64,000 nucleotides of DNA from Alphaproteobacteria bacterium (GTDB taxonomy: Bacteria; Pseudomonadota; Alphaproteobacteria; RF32; CAG-239). Shown here in pieces: positions 29,691 through 37,224 of the stretch. The stretch's first letter is position 1. Each line of letters starts with the position of its first letter. A program made the translations under genes and the position numbers. Under the pieces are notes generated by a model that worked only from the letters and a program-made list of their open reading frames with translations, was not told where the DNA came from and ran no database searches. The DNA lies in assembly GCA_017444525.1 (NCBI GenBank), contig JAFSWL010000004.1, positions 40,851 to 104,850 on the forward strand, given 5' to 3'.

Positions 29691-29843
29691 TCCGTCGACG
29701 AGAGGTCGTCGGCGGAGTATCGAAACTCCTCAGGTAGAAAATAACTCCTCTTTGGTGGGGAGCCGGCTGAATATATTGAATAAGCCGGACTGACTATCTG
29801 CAGTTTCGAACTCCCGACCACTTTTGAGTGGTCTTTTTGTTTT
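29691..29843 (+). ncRNA. Candidate structured RNA or riboswitch-like leader of unknown class, ending in an intrinsic terminator
   Basis: 5' hairpin CGACGA-GAGG-TCGTCG. A ~20-bp helix (29714-29737 with 29794-29814) closes two 6-bp hairpins (29745-29762 and 29763-29788). The 3' strand overlaps the terminator stem. Confidence 0.4.
29816..29843 (+). terminator. Rho-independent terminator
   Basis: GACCAC-TTTTGA-GTGGTC followed by TTTTTGTTTT. Confidence 0.65.
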
Positions 29844-29870
29844 CACTTAACAAAATGGGAGTTCTGGAAA

Positions 29871-30101
29871 ATGTGTTTACATAATTTGTTCAGCAAAGAA
29901 GTCTTGGCGGAAATTTATCCGCAGCTTATACAATTTCGACTGGAGCGTCAGCTCAGTCTCGAAGAGTTGCAAGCCGCGACTCATCTTAATCTTAAGATAC
30001 TAAAGCGCGTAGAAAAAGGCAAATGTTTACCTTTCAGTTGTTATCGTCGTTTGCTGAAATTTTACGGTAAGAAAATGCACATAGTGTTTGTTGATATATA
30101 A
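29871..30101 (+). CDS. Small XRE-like helix-turn-helix protein
   Basis: RLERQLSLEELQAATHLNLKILKRVEKGK resembles an HTH_3/XRE motif. GGGAG lies upstream. Confidence 0.5.
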   Translation: MCLHNLFSKEVLAEIYPQLIQFRLERQLSLEELQAATHLNLKILKRVEKGKCLPFSCYRRLLKFYGKKMHIVFVDI

Positions 30102-30105
30102 ATTA

Positions 30106-30128
30106 ACGGCTGCCATACCGGCAGCCGT
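30106..30128. terminator. GC-rich hairpin between convergent genes, probably a terminator
   Basis: ACGGCTGCC-(5 nt)-GGCAGCCGT. The flanks are AT-rich but the T-runs are imperfect. Confidence 0.55.
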
Positions 30129-30165
30129 ATTCATGAAAATACTCTTAAGTTTATTATATCAACGG

Positions 30166-30519
30166 TTAATGTCTGTGATGGTGATGTCCTCCGTGATGAT
30201 GATGGTGGTGATGGAACAATGCGCTACCTATTACTACTCCGGTAAAACCGGCCAACAAGCCTGTAGCAACCGGATCATAATAGTAAGAGCGCGGAGCAGC
30301 AGTTTGACGTACTACAACGGTTTGCGGCGGTTGTTGAACCACTACCTGTTGTGGTTGCACATAAACAGGTTGAGGTTGAATAATCTGCGTTGCAGACGGT
30401 TGAGTGTAAATTTGTTGTCTGACTACATTGTTTTGGTCAACAACGATAATTGTTTCCGCATTGGCCAGCATCGGGCTGAAGATAAGCGAAAAAGCAATTA
30501 CAAACATTAATTTCTTCAT
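30166..30519 (-). CDS. Secreted Gln/Pro/Val-rich protein with a glycine-zipper segment and a poly-His C-terminal tail
   Basis: Signal peptide ending ANA-E, a QPQPVYVQPQQVVVQQPPQ repeat-like region, GLLAGFTGVVIGSALF, then HHHHHHHGGHHHHRH. Confidence 0.7.
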   Translation of the reverse strand: MKKLMFVIAFSLIFSPMLANAETIIVVDQNNVVRQQIYTQPSATQIIQPQPVYVQPQQVVVQQPPQTVVVRQTAAPRSYYYDPVATGLLAGFTGVVIGSALFHHHHHHHGGHHHHRH

Positions 30520-30678
30520 TTTTTCCTCCTTAAATTAAGTTTATAATTTATATGTAATTTAAAATGAGAAAAAATGCAATAAAATAAATATACATTCAGG
30601 TATGTATAATTAAAAAAATTATAAATGACTGATTTTACAATATAAAAAATATAATTTTATTTATTATTTAATACAGCC

Positions 30679-30975
30679 TTATTTTATAATAATGGCTTCG
30701 TAGGTATAAACAATCTCGGTTTCGTCCGGATTTTCAGTTGGTAGAATTTCACAAACCAATAAATTTTTTTCATTTTTCAGCAGTTCAAAAACTTCATTGT
30801 CGACTTTTTCAAGAGTAAAAGCATCATTTTTCATGCGATAAAGCTCGATGGTGTTGTTTTCGGGATTAAGGCGGACAATCGGATCCTCCGGCGCAATATC
30901 ACGTGCGTATAATATCAGCATTACCTCGTTTTCTTCACTGATTAAAAAATCAAACGTGTTAATATCAAAATTCAT
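30679..30975 (-). CDS. Hypothetical small acidic protein
   Basis: 98-aa ORF with no recognised motif. Confidence 0.45.
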   Translation of the reverse strand: MNFDINTFDFLISEENEVMLILYARDIAPEDPIVRLNPENNTIELYRMKNDAFTLEKVDNEVFELLKNEKNLLVCEILPTENPDETEIVYTYEAIIIK

Positions 30976-31053
30976 AAGCGCCTCCGTCGAGAATAAATTA
31001 TTTTAGTGGAATTTTAGGATATTTAGGTTAATATTTATATAATAAGGAATGAA

Positions 31054-31737
31054 ATGACGCGTTATATTGATTGGATGTTGAAATTATTAAAATGGCCGGC
31101 GGCACTTTTTTTATTGCTGTCGGTACCTGCGTTGTTACAATCATATAATTATTTTAATTTTATGACTGTAAAATTTTATGCCATGGGAGCGGGAGTATTG
31201 TTTTATGCCGCGACCTTGGTGGTTGCCGGCTATAATACTTGTCATACGATGCAAGTGCTTTCGCATGAATTAACGCATACGTTTTTTGCTTATTTGACGT
31301 TGCATGATGCCGGACGCGTGCGCATAAATCCGGACGGCAGCGGCGGTTCCATGATAGTGAAAGGCGGAGGAAATTGGTTAATTACTTTGTCACCTTATTT
31401 CTTTCCGTTATTTGCATTTTTATATATGTTGGTAATGCCGACGTTGCTGCGGATGTCTGACGGACATTGGTTGGTTTACGGTGTGTACGGATATTTTATT
31501 GCCTACTATTGGGTTACAGTTCTGGAACAAGTGCATCCACAGCAAACAGATATAATTAAAGAAGGATATATTTTTTCAGCCATATTGATAGTCGGAGCTA
31601 ATTTATATACAACGGGAATGATGTTTGCGTTTACCAGTAAATCATGGAACGGAATCGATATTTATCTGCGTCTTGTAATGAAGCTCAATATTGAATATAT
31701 GCAGCGTTTAGTGGTTTTAATAACTGATAATTTTTAG
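31054..31737 (+). CDS. Polytopic membrane protein with an HExxH motif (M50B-like putative metalloprotease)
   Basis: SHELTHTFFAY lies at a TM boundary, and there are several TM helices. Confidence 0.5.
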   Translation: MTRYIDWMLKLLKWPAALFLLLSVPALLQSYNYFNFMTVKFYAMGAGVLFYAATLVVAGYNTCHTMQVLSHELTHTFFAYLTLHDAGRVRINPDGSGGSMIVKGGGNWLITLSPYFFPLFAFLYMLVMPTLLRMSDGHWLVYGVYGYFIAYYWVTVLEQVHPQQTDIIKEGYIFSAILIVGANLYTTGMMFAFTSKSWNGIDIYLRLVMKLNIEYMQRLVVLITDNF

Positions 31738-32607
31738 TTCATTCAGGTCGGTATTCATTTCCACCTCAGCACCTATAGGCAGTACATGGCGCGAGACAGT
31801 GTGTCCGAAGTTAAAATCAGCTATGGCTGGAAGCTTTGTGTGATACAAAAAATCATTCAGACATTCATCTATGGTACCATCTTCAGCATCGGTTCTTACA
31901 TTGGTGAATTGCCCGAAAACTATACCGCGAAGTTTGGAAAAATGCGGTTGCTGCTTGAGTTGTTGCAACATCAAGTCTATTTTATATACCGGCTCGTTGA
32001 CTTCTTCAATCAGCAATATTTTATTGCGTAAATCTGGAAAATATGGGGTTCCGGCCATGCGTGTCAATACCGTGAGATTACAGCACAGTAATTTACCGGA
32101 AGCATTGCCAGAGCGGAGTGTTTTGCCGGAAATTATTTTAAATTTTTCATTATTGAGCAGTTTTTGTAAATCACTTTGAATTAGCGAATCTAGTTTACCG
32201 GATTTAAAGTCATAGGCCATGACAAATCCATTGTAGGAAACAATGCCGCTGTTTTGAAAAAGAGCGATTTGCAGAGCAGCATTGTCGCAGAAGCCAATGA
32301 TGGGTTTGGGGTTGTAGAATGCCGTTTCATAATCAATATACGGCAGGATTCTGGTACCGCCGGCGGCGGCGCGGACACAAAACAATGCTTTGATGGAGGT
32401 ATCTGCAAACGCAGCGTTGATATCAGCAGCGCGGTCTTCATCAGTTCCGGCCATATAGCGATTGACGTACAGTAAATGTTTGCCGAGTATCGGTTTTAAT
32501 CCCAAATTTTCTAAATATTTTACGGCGGCGGCAATTTTTTCAAAATCACCAATTTGTCCGCAAGGCGCGACTATTGCCACCTTATCGCCTGATTTTACAA
32601 TCGGCAT
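31717..32607 (-). CDS. ldcA: LD-carboxypeptidase (S66, LdcA-like) with Cys at the nucleophile position
   Basis: GDKVAIVAPCG, RAAAGGTRIL, IIGFCDNAALQ (canonical G-x-S-D), EEVNEPVYKIDLMLQQL, NFGH. Confidence 0.8.
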   Translation of the reverse strand: MPIVKSGDKVAIVAPCGQIGDFEKIAAAVKYLENLGLKPILGKHLLYVNRYMAGTDEDRAADINAAFADTSIKALFCVRAAAGGTRILPYIDYETAFYNPKPIIGFCDNAALQIALFQNSGIVSYNGFVMAYDFKSGKLDSLIQSDLQKLLNNEKFKIISGKTLRSGNASGKLLCCNLTVLTRMAGTPYFPDLRNKILLIEEVNEPVYKIDLMLQQLKQQPHFSKLRGIVFGQFTNVRTDAEDGTIDECLNDFLYHTKLPAIADFNFGHTVSRHVLPIGAEVEMNTDLNELKIISY

Positions 32608-32610
32608 AAT

Positions 32611-33975
32611 TTACAATTCCTCCATAAGTTTTTTGCATAAATCAGTCAAAGAGTTATCACGGGCTCCCATAATAACAATTCGATCTCCGGGTCTGGCCAA
32701 TTCTTTTATTTTGGCAGTTGCCGCAGCTTTGTCAGCCACAAAATAAGCGTTGTGTTTGCCCAATTTATGTACGTGGTTAATTAAATCTTCTGAGGAAATA
32801 TCTTTGGTTACGGTTCCGCCGACAAAGAAAATTTCCGGCATAATCAGAATATCATCGTTGTTCATGCTGTTCACAAATTCTGCCATAATTTCTTTGCCGA
32901 GAGCGCGCATCGGTCCGAAACCATGCGGCTGAAACATTATGATGAGGCGACCATCATACTGGCGCAAGGCTCTTACCGATGATTTGACCTTGTCGGGATT
33001 GTGCGCAAAGTCGTCAATAATAGTTATATCTTTGGTCCTGCCGATTATTTCCAAACGACGTTTGGTACCGTGAAAATCTTGCAAAATAGTGGCAGCAGTG
33101 TGAGTATCAATGCCCATTTCGGAGCAGGCTGCAATTGCCGCTAACGCATTTGCTACGTTAAATTCACCGATGAGATTGAGTGTGTAAGTAGTACCGTTAA
33201 AATCATATTGAGTACCGTTAGGTAGCGGTTTGATATTTGTTGCATAAAAATCGGCATCATTATTTTTGGTAGAAAATGTCAGACACGGCTTATTATGTGC
33301 CAAATGTCGACACAGTTCGTAATCATCGTTGATGATTATGCTCCGAGATGCGCGATTGGCGAAATTTTGAAACATAGTCATCAATTCTTCAAGTGTTTTA
33401 TGGTCTTCAGAAATATTAGTTACTAGTGCAATATACGGATTGTATAAATCAATTGAACCATTACTCTCGTCTGCTTCAACCACACAAATATCACCTTTGT
33501 TGTATATCATGTTGGAGATAGTAAATTTATCTTCATAATCACGCAATAAGCCGCCGTTAATCATACAAGGTTTTTTTGCCGCTTTATCCAAAACAAAACC
33601 GATCATTGCTGTGGTGGTGGTTTTGCCGCTAGTTCCGCCCACAGCTATGCCGTATCTATAATTGTTGAAAATTTCTGAAAGCAATTGCGGACGTGTTTTT
33701 ATCGGTATGTTTTTTTGTTTGGCGGTTTCAATATCCGGTATGGTATCTTCAACTGCAGTGGAGGCGCAAATCCAGTCCAAATCATCGCTGATACCGGAAC
33801 CGTCCTGAGGGAAAATGACTATACCCATTTTTTCCATGGCCTGTTTGATGTCTAAGTCGCGACCCAAGTCAAAATTGCGGTCGGAACCTTGTACATCATA
33901 TCCCGACAATTTCAAAACTTGAGCCAGAGAACTCATACCACTGCCGGAAATTCCGCAAAAACTTACTTTGACCAT
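32611..33975 (-). CDS. Mur ligase family enzyme, MurC-like (MurC or Mpl-type recycling ligase)
   Basis: FCGISGSGMSSLA Rossmann N-terminus, P-loop GGTSGKTTT, VVEADESNGS, NISEDH, DDFAHNP, FQPHGF. Confidence 0.85.
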   Translation of the reverse strand: MVKVSFCGISGSGMSSLAQVLKLSGYDVQGSDRNFDLGRDLDIKQAMEKMGIVIFPQDGSGISDDLDWICASTAVEDTIPDIETAKQKNIPIKTRPQLLSEIFNNYRYGIAVGGTSGKTTTTAMIGFVLDKAAKKPCMINGGLLRDYEDKFTISNMIYNKGDICVVEADESNGSIDLYNPYIALVTNISEDHKTLEELMTMFQNFANRASRSIIINDDYELCRHLAHNKPCLTFSTKNNDADFYATNIKPLPNGTQYDFNGTTYTLNLIGEFNVANALAAIAACSEMGIDTHTAATILQDFHGTKRRLEIIGRTKDITIIDDFAHNPDKVKSSVRALRQYDGRLIIMFQPHGFGPMRALGKEIMAEFVNSMNNDDILIMPEIFFVGGTVTKDISSEDLINHVHKLGKHNAYFVADKAAATAKIKELARPGDRIVIMGARDNSLTDLCKKLMEEL

Positions 33976-33987
33976 TGCTTAGTCCCC

Positions 33988-35058
33988 CTATAAATCATTA
34001 ATCAGTTCGTTCAGATTTTCTTCCTGCTCCTGTCGGCACACCGTTGTATTTTCGTAATTAAGCACGATAAAACTGCGTGTATCTTCATTAACAAAAACAG
34101 AAAGAGTTACTTTAATCGCGTCATTGCCGAAAGTTGCAAATAAAAAAGTTTTTTCATCTTTTAAATCTTGCAAAAAAGTATCATTACCGATTTCGGATGC
34201 AGGCATATTTTGACTTTTATTCGGTTGATAATGTTCTTTGGCATTGCCGTATTTTTTGGAAAGTGCCGCAAAATATTCATGGTACAGTTGCAAAACTTTT
34301 TCGGCATTCGGTGTATCATCGAGCAGCGGAGATTGTGCATATATCATTTGCAGGTGATTTTGTTCTCCGAAAATAGCAATTATACTTTTGAATGCTGCAC
34401 GTTGTTGTCGCGGGTTTTCTACCAAATATGCACCGGTTCGGTTTTCAATAGTGCTCGCTCTAAGTTTAAAGCCGTCGGCTTCGGTTTGTTCTTTGGATAT
34501 GCCCCAAGTCAGTCCGAAAGGCGCTTTTAATTCTATATTTTCGCCAACTTTGGATTCTTTTTCGGTGGATTTCGTTGCAATTTGCTGTGATGCAGCGGTT
34601 GAAGTGAACTCAGGCAGCGGAGAATTTTTCAATAGCTCTTTTTGTTCTTGTCTGATTTTTTCGCTTTTTTCAAACAATTCATGAGTTTCCTCAGATAATA
34701 CATCGGTATGGTCTTTTTGCTTTATTAAGAGTGAAGCATCGCTGCGCAGTTTTTCCTCTTCGGCACGGTACCGATCCTGCTCGTCCAGTTCATTGATATA
34801 TTGTGTCATAAAATTGTTATCTTTATCTTCAGATTCCGTTGCCGTATCTTCATATAATTCTTCTTCGGTTTCTTCGGCGTTTGACGCGTCGACGGCTGTT
34901 TCGCTATGTTGGGCAGAAATATCGTTGTCAGCGGTATTCGGTGTCTCTTCGGCGGCAATGTTGTCGTTCATAAGTTCTTCCAAATCTACTTGCGCCACGC
35001 TTTTCAGCGGAAACAAAACCGCTAAAATTCCGCAAATTCTCACAATTAAACTTTGCAT
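33988..35058 (-). CDS. Hypothetical secreted acidic protein
   Basis: Signal peptide (ILAVLFPLKSVAQ), then a Glu/Asp-rich region, then a globular C-terminal half. Confidence 0.6.
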   Translation of the reverse strand: MQSLIVRICGILAVLFPLKSVAQVDLEELMNDNIAAEETPNTADNDISAQHSETAVDASNAEETEEELYEDTATESEDKDNNFMTQYINELDEQDRYRAEEEKLRSDASLLIKQKDHTDVLSEETHELFEKSEKIRQEQKELLKNSPLPEFTSTAASQQIATKSTEKESKVGENIELKAPFGLTWGISKEQTEADGFKLRASTIENRTGAYLVENPRQQRAAFKSIIAIFGEQNHLQMIYAQSPLLDDTPNAEKVLQLYHEYFAALSKKYGNAKEHYQPNKSQNMPASEIGNDTFLQDLKDEKTFLFATFGNDAIKVTLSVFVNEDTRSFIVLNYENTTVCRQEQEENLNELINDL

Positions 35059-35165
35059 AAATTATTCCTTTGATAACCGCAAAAATAAATTGAAACCTTT
35101 TCTTCTTTGCGCTATTTTAACATTAAAATACAAATAATTTATTAAATACGGTATGTTTTTTTGAA

Positions 35166-35756
35166 ATGGAAAAGGATAATATACAAAGGCTACTGATAAA
35201 TATCGGACGGCAAATGGTTCGCGACAAAGGAACAGAAGCGTTGACAGTACGTAAGCTTTCCGATGCTTCCGGTTGTTCTGTTGGGGCGATTTATAATCAG
35301 TTTTCCAATATGGATAACTTCATAGTTATTCAGAATTTTATGACTCTGGAAGATCTTTATACCAAGCTTCGCAATATTCCGTCAAGCAGCGATGCTTTTA
35401 CTGATACAAATATTTTGGTTCAGGCATTTGTGGATTTTGTGCTTGAAAACAAAAATTTATGGTACTTGCTGTTTAATTTTCATCTGACACACCCGGACAA
35501 AGTGTATTCGGTTTATTATTTGCGCAAAGTGGTAGATATTATTAATCTCATTAATAATGTGCTGGTAAAAAGTGTACCGAATATGGAAAGACCGGAGCGA
35601 ATGCTGTCTTCACAAATTTTATGGTTGTGTTTGTTTGCCTTAAGCTCATTTTTAGCCAAAGATGTGTTGGAACCGTTCGGTAAGGCAGATAAAAAGACAA
35701 TCTGTCATATTCTGGTGAATACATATATTGCCGGTTTGACCGTGTTGGAAAAATAA
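35166..35756 (+). CDS. TetR/AcrR-family transcriptional regulator
   Basis: N-terminal HTH (LTVRKLSDASGCSVGAIYNQFSNMD). Confidence 0.8.
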   Translation: MEKDNIQRLLINIGRQMVRDKGTEALTVRKLSDASGCSVGAIYNQFSNMDNFIVIQNFMTLEDLYTKLRNIPSSSDAFTDTNILVQAFVDFVLENKNLWYLLFNFHLTHPDKVYSVYYLRKVVDIINLINNVLVKSVPNMERPERMLSSQILWLCLFALSSFLAKDVLEPFGKADKKTICHILVNTYIAGLTVLEK

Positions 35757-35762
35757 AGCTTA

Positions 35763-36560
35763 TTAACGTCCGCCGTCAGAGCGGAATTCCTGCAAAAATT
35801 TCTGTTCCTGCGCATCGGTCCACAAATTGCGGCGTTGCGCCCACTTGCGTTTGGCGTTGGCGGCACGACGCTTAAAATCAAAGGCTTTAGCGAGATACTC
35901 ATCTGCGGTTTTTGTGTCAAACAGCTCCTCACGGCAAATTCTGACGGCATCTTCGCAAAAAGAGCGTTTGCTTTCATTTGATTGAATCGGACCAAGATAT
36001 TTTTCTTTTTTCAGCATCGCCAGAGCTTCTTCAACTTTGTTGAGTTTTTGCACCGGATCGCCGAATGGATCATCAATCTGGTTTTGAAGAAGGATTAAAT
36101 CATCTTTTAATTCTTCCGCCATTTCTTTTTTCAGATAGTCTCTGGCAATTTTGGCATTGGGAAATCCGGTTTTTACCTTAGCTTTTTGAAAGGCTCCGGC
36201 AATGATTTTTTTATAGAGTTCCGAAGTACCGTCGCCGCGATGAAAATATGCTTCTTTTGAAATAAGCCGCAATGCGGCATCATCATATTTTTCGGTATAA
36301 TCCAAACGCTTTTCCAAGGCTTGACAATAAGCAAAATGGGCACGCGGGTGAACACGGAAAATTTCGTTCAGAACATAGTCAAATGCTTGTGCTTTTTCTG
36401 CGTTGCCGACGTCGGCATCCATAATTTCATACGGTCGCGCATCAATAATTGGCCATGCTCTGTCTTCTTCAGAATTATTTTTAAATTCCTGCATTGCGGT
36501 CATAAATTTGTTGTTTAAGGCCCAAAAATGTTTCAAACGTACTTCATCAAGCGTGGACAT
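35763..36560 (-). CDS. Hypothetical protein
   Basis: 265-aa ORF with good coding appearance and no recognised motif. Confidence 0.55.
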   Translation of the reverse strand: MSTLDEVRLKHFWALNNKFMTAMQEFKNNSEEDRAWPIIDARPYEIMDADVGNAEKAQAFDYVLNEIFRVHPRAHFAYCQALEKRLDYTEKYDDAALRLISKEAYFHRGDGTSELYKKIIAGAFQKAKVKTGFPNAKIARDYLKKEMAEELKDDLILLQNQIDDPFGDPVQKLNKVEEALAMLKKEKYLGPIQSNESKRSFCEDAVRICREELFDTKTADEYLAKAFDFKRRAANAKRKWAQRRNLWTDAQEQKFLQEFRSDGGR

Positions 36561-36570
36561 GGCGCTCTCC

Positions 36571-37008
36571 TTACAGTTTTTTTACCATTTTCATAAAGGT
36601 AATCCCTTGTTCATCAAACGGTTCGCCTTCGGCTTTATAACCCATTTTCTCATAAAAGCCGACCACAAACAGCATAGCGTGCATCACGATTTTTTTGTAT
36701 CCGGCTTCGCGGGCGCGTTTTTCGGCATAAGCCACCAGTTCACGTCCCACGCCTTCGCCTTGATAAATGGTATCTACCGCCACCTGCATCAGGCGGATGG
36801 TTTCGTCATCAACCGGAGCCAAAATCAAGCCGCCGACCAAGCGGTTATCAAGCATTTCAACACAGCCGATATGCAAATATTTAGCCTCTTCGGGGCGAAA
36901 CGAATCGAGAAATTTTAAGCCGAGCGGCTCCAGCAAAATTTTGTAACGCAACTCAACCAATTCGTTATAGCGCGAGGAACCGAAATCTATATCAATCATT
37001 TTGCGCAT
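36571..37008 (-). CDS. GNAT-family N-acetyltransferase
   Basis: Motif A: VAVDTIYQGEGVGRELVAYAEKRAREAG. Confidence 0.85.
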   Translation of the reverse strand: MRKMIDIDFGSSRYNELVELRYKILLEPLGLKFLDSFRPEEAKYLHIGCVEMLDNRLVGGLILAPVDDETIRLMQVAVDTIYQGEGVGRELVAYAEKRAREAGYKKIVMHAMLFVVGFYEKMGYKAEGEPFDEQGITFMKMVKKL

Positions 37009-37059
37009 GGCAAACCTCCTTAATTTATATATTGCTCATTAAAACATATTTTTCAATGT

Positions 37060-37087
37060 TTGGCAATAGTTAAAGCGCAATTATATT
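37060..37087 (+). promoter_or_regulatory. Sigma70-like promoter upstream of the lepA leader
   Basis: TTGGCA (37060-37065), a 16-nt spacer, then TATATT (37082-37087). Confidence 0.4.
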
Positions 37088-37105
37088 GGCAGAGCACGAT
37101 AAAAA

Positions 37106-37140
37106 GGAAGTATCCCTGCAAATGTGATACTTCCTTTTTT
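37106..37140 (+). terminator. Intrinsic-terminator-like hairpin inside the lepA 5' leader (attenuator or short sRNA end)
   Basis: GGAAGTATC-(11 nt)-GATACTTCC followed by TTTTTT, located 85 nt upstream of the lepA ATG. Confidence 0.5.
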
Positions 37141-37224
37141 GTTGCGGAATGTTTGGCGATAATTATTGATAAACCCGAAAAAATACATTATGTTGTGGGC
37201 AAGATTTTTGAAATAGGAAAGATT

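Noticed and set aside
29691-29843. Tested whether the structured element is SRP (4.5S) RNA, 6S RNA, a two-piece tmRNA, a hammerhead ribozyme or a cobalamin/purine/TPP riboswitch
   Set aside because: It lacks the GGAAG..AGCA SRP domain IV motifs and is too short for 6S or tmRNA. Its junction strand lengths (7, 0 and 5 nt) and sequences do not fit the hammerhead CUGANGA/GAA core, and there is no B12 box or purine/TPP core. It is kept only as an unclassified candidate.
30088-30510. 140-aa plus-strand ORF overlapping the His-rich gene
   Set aside because: It mirrors the minus-strand gene: His codons read antisense give the MVM/VMM runs. The minus-strand ORF has a signal peptide and coherent architecture, and the plus-strand product has neither.
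37060-37224. N-terminal 55-aa extension of lepA in the ORF track
   Set aside because: The extension contains a promoter-like element and a terminator-like hairpin. Conserved LepA begins at [22 protein letters not shown], with an RBS before the ATG at 37225.
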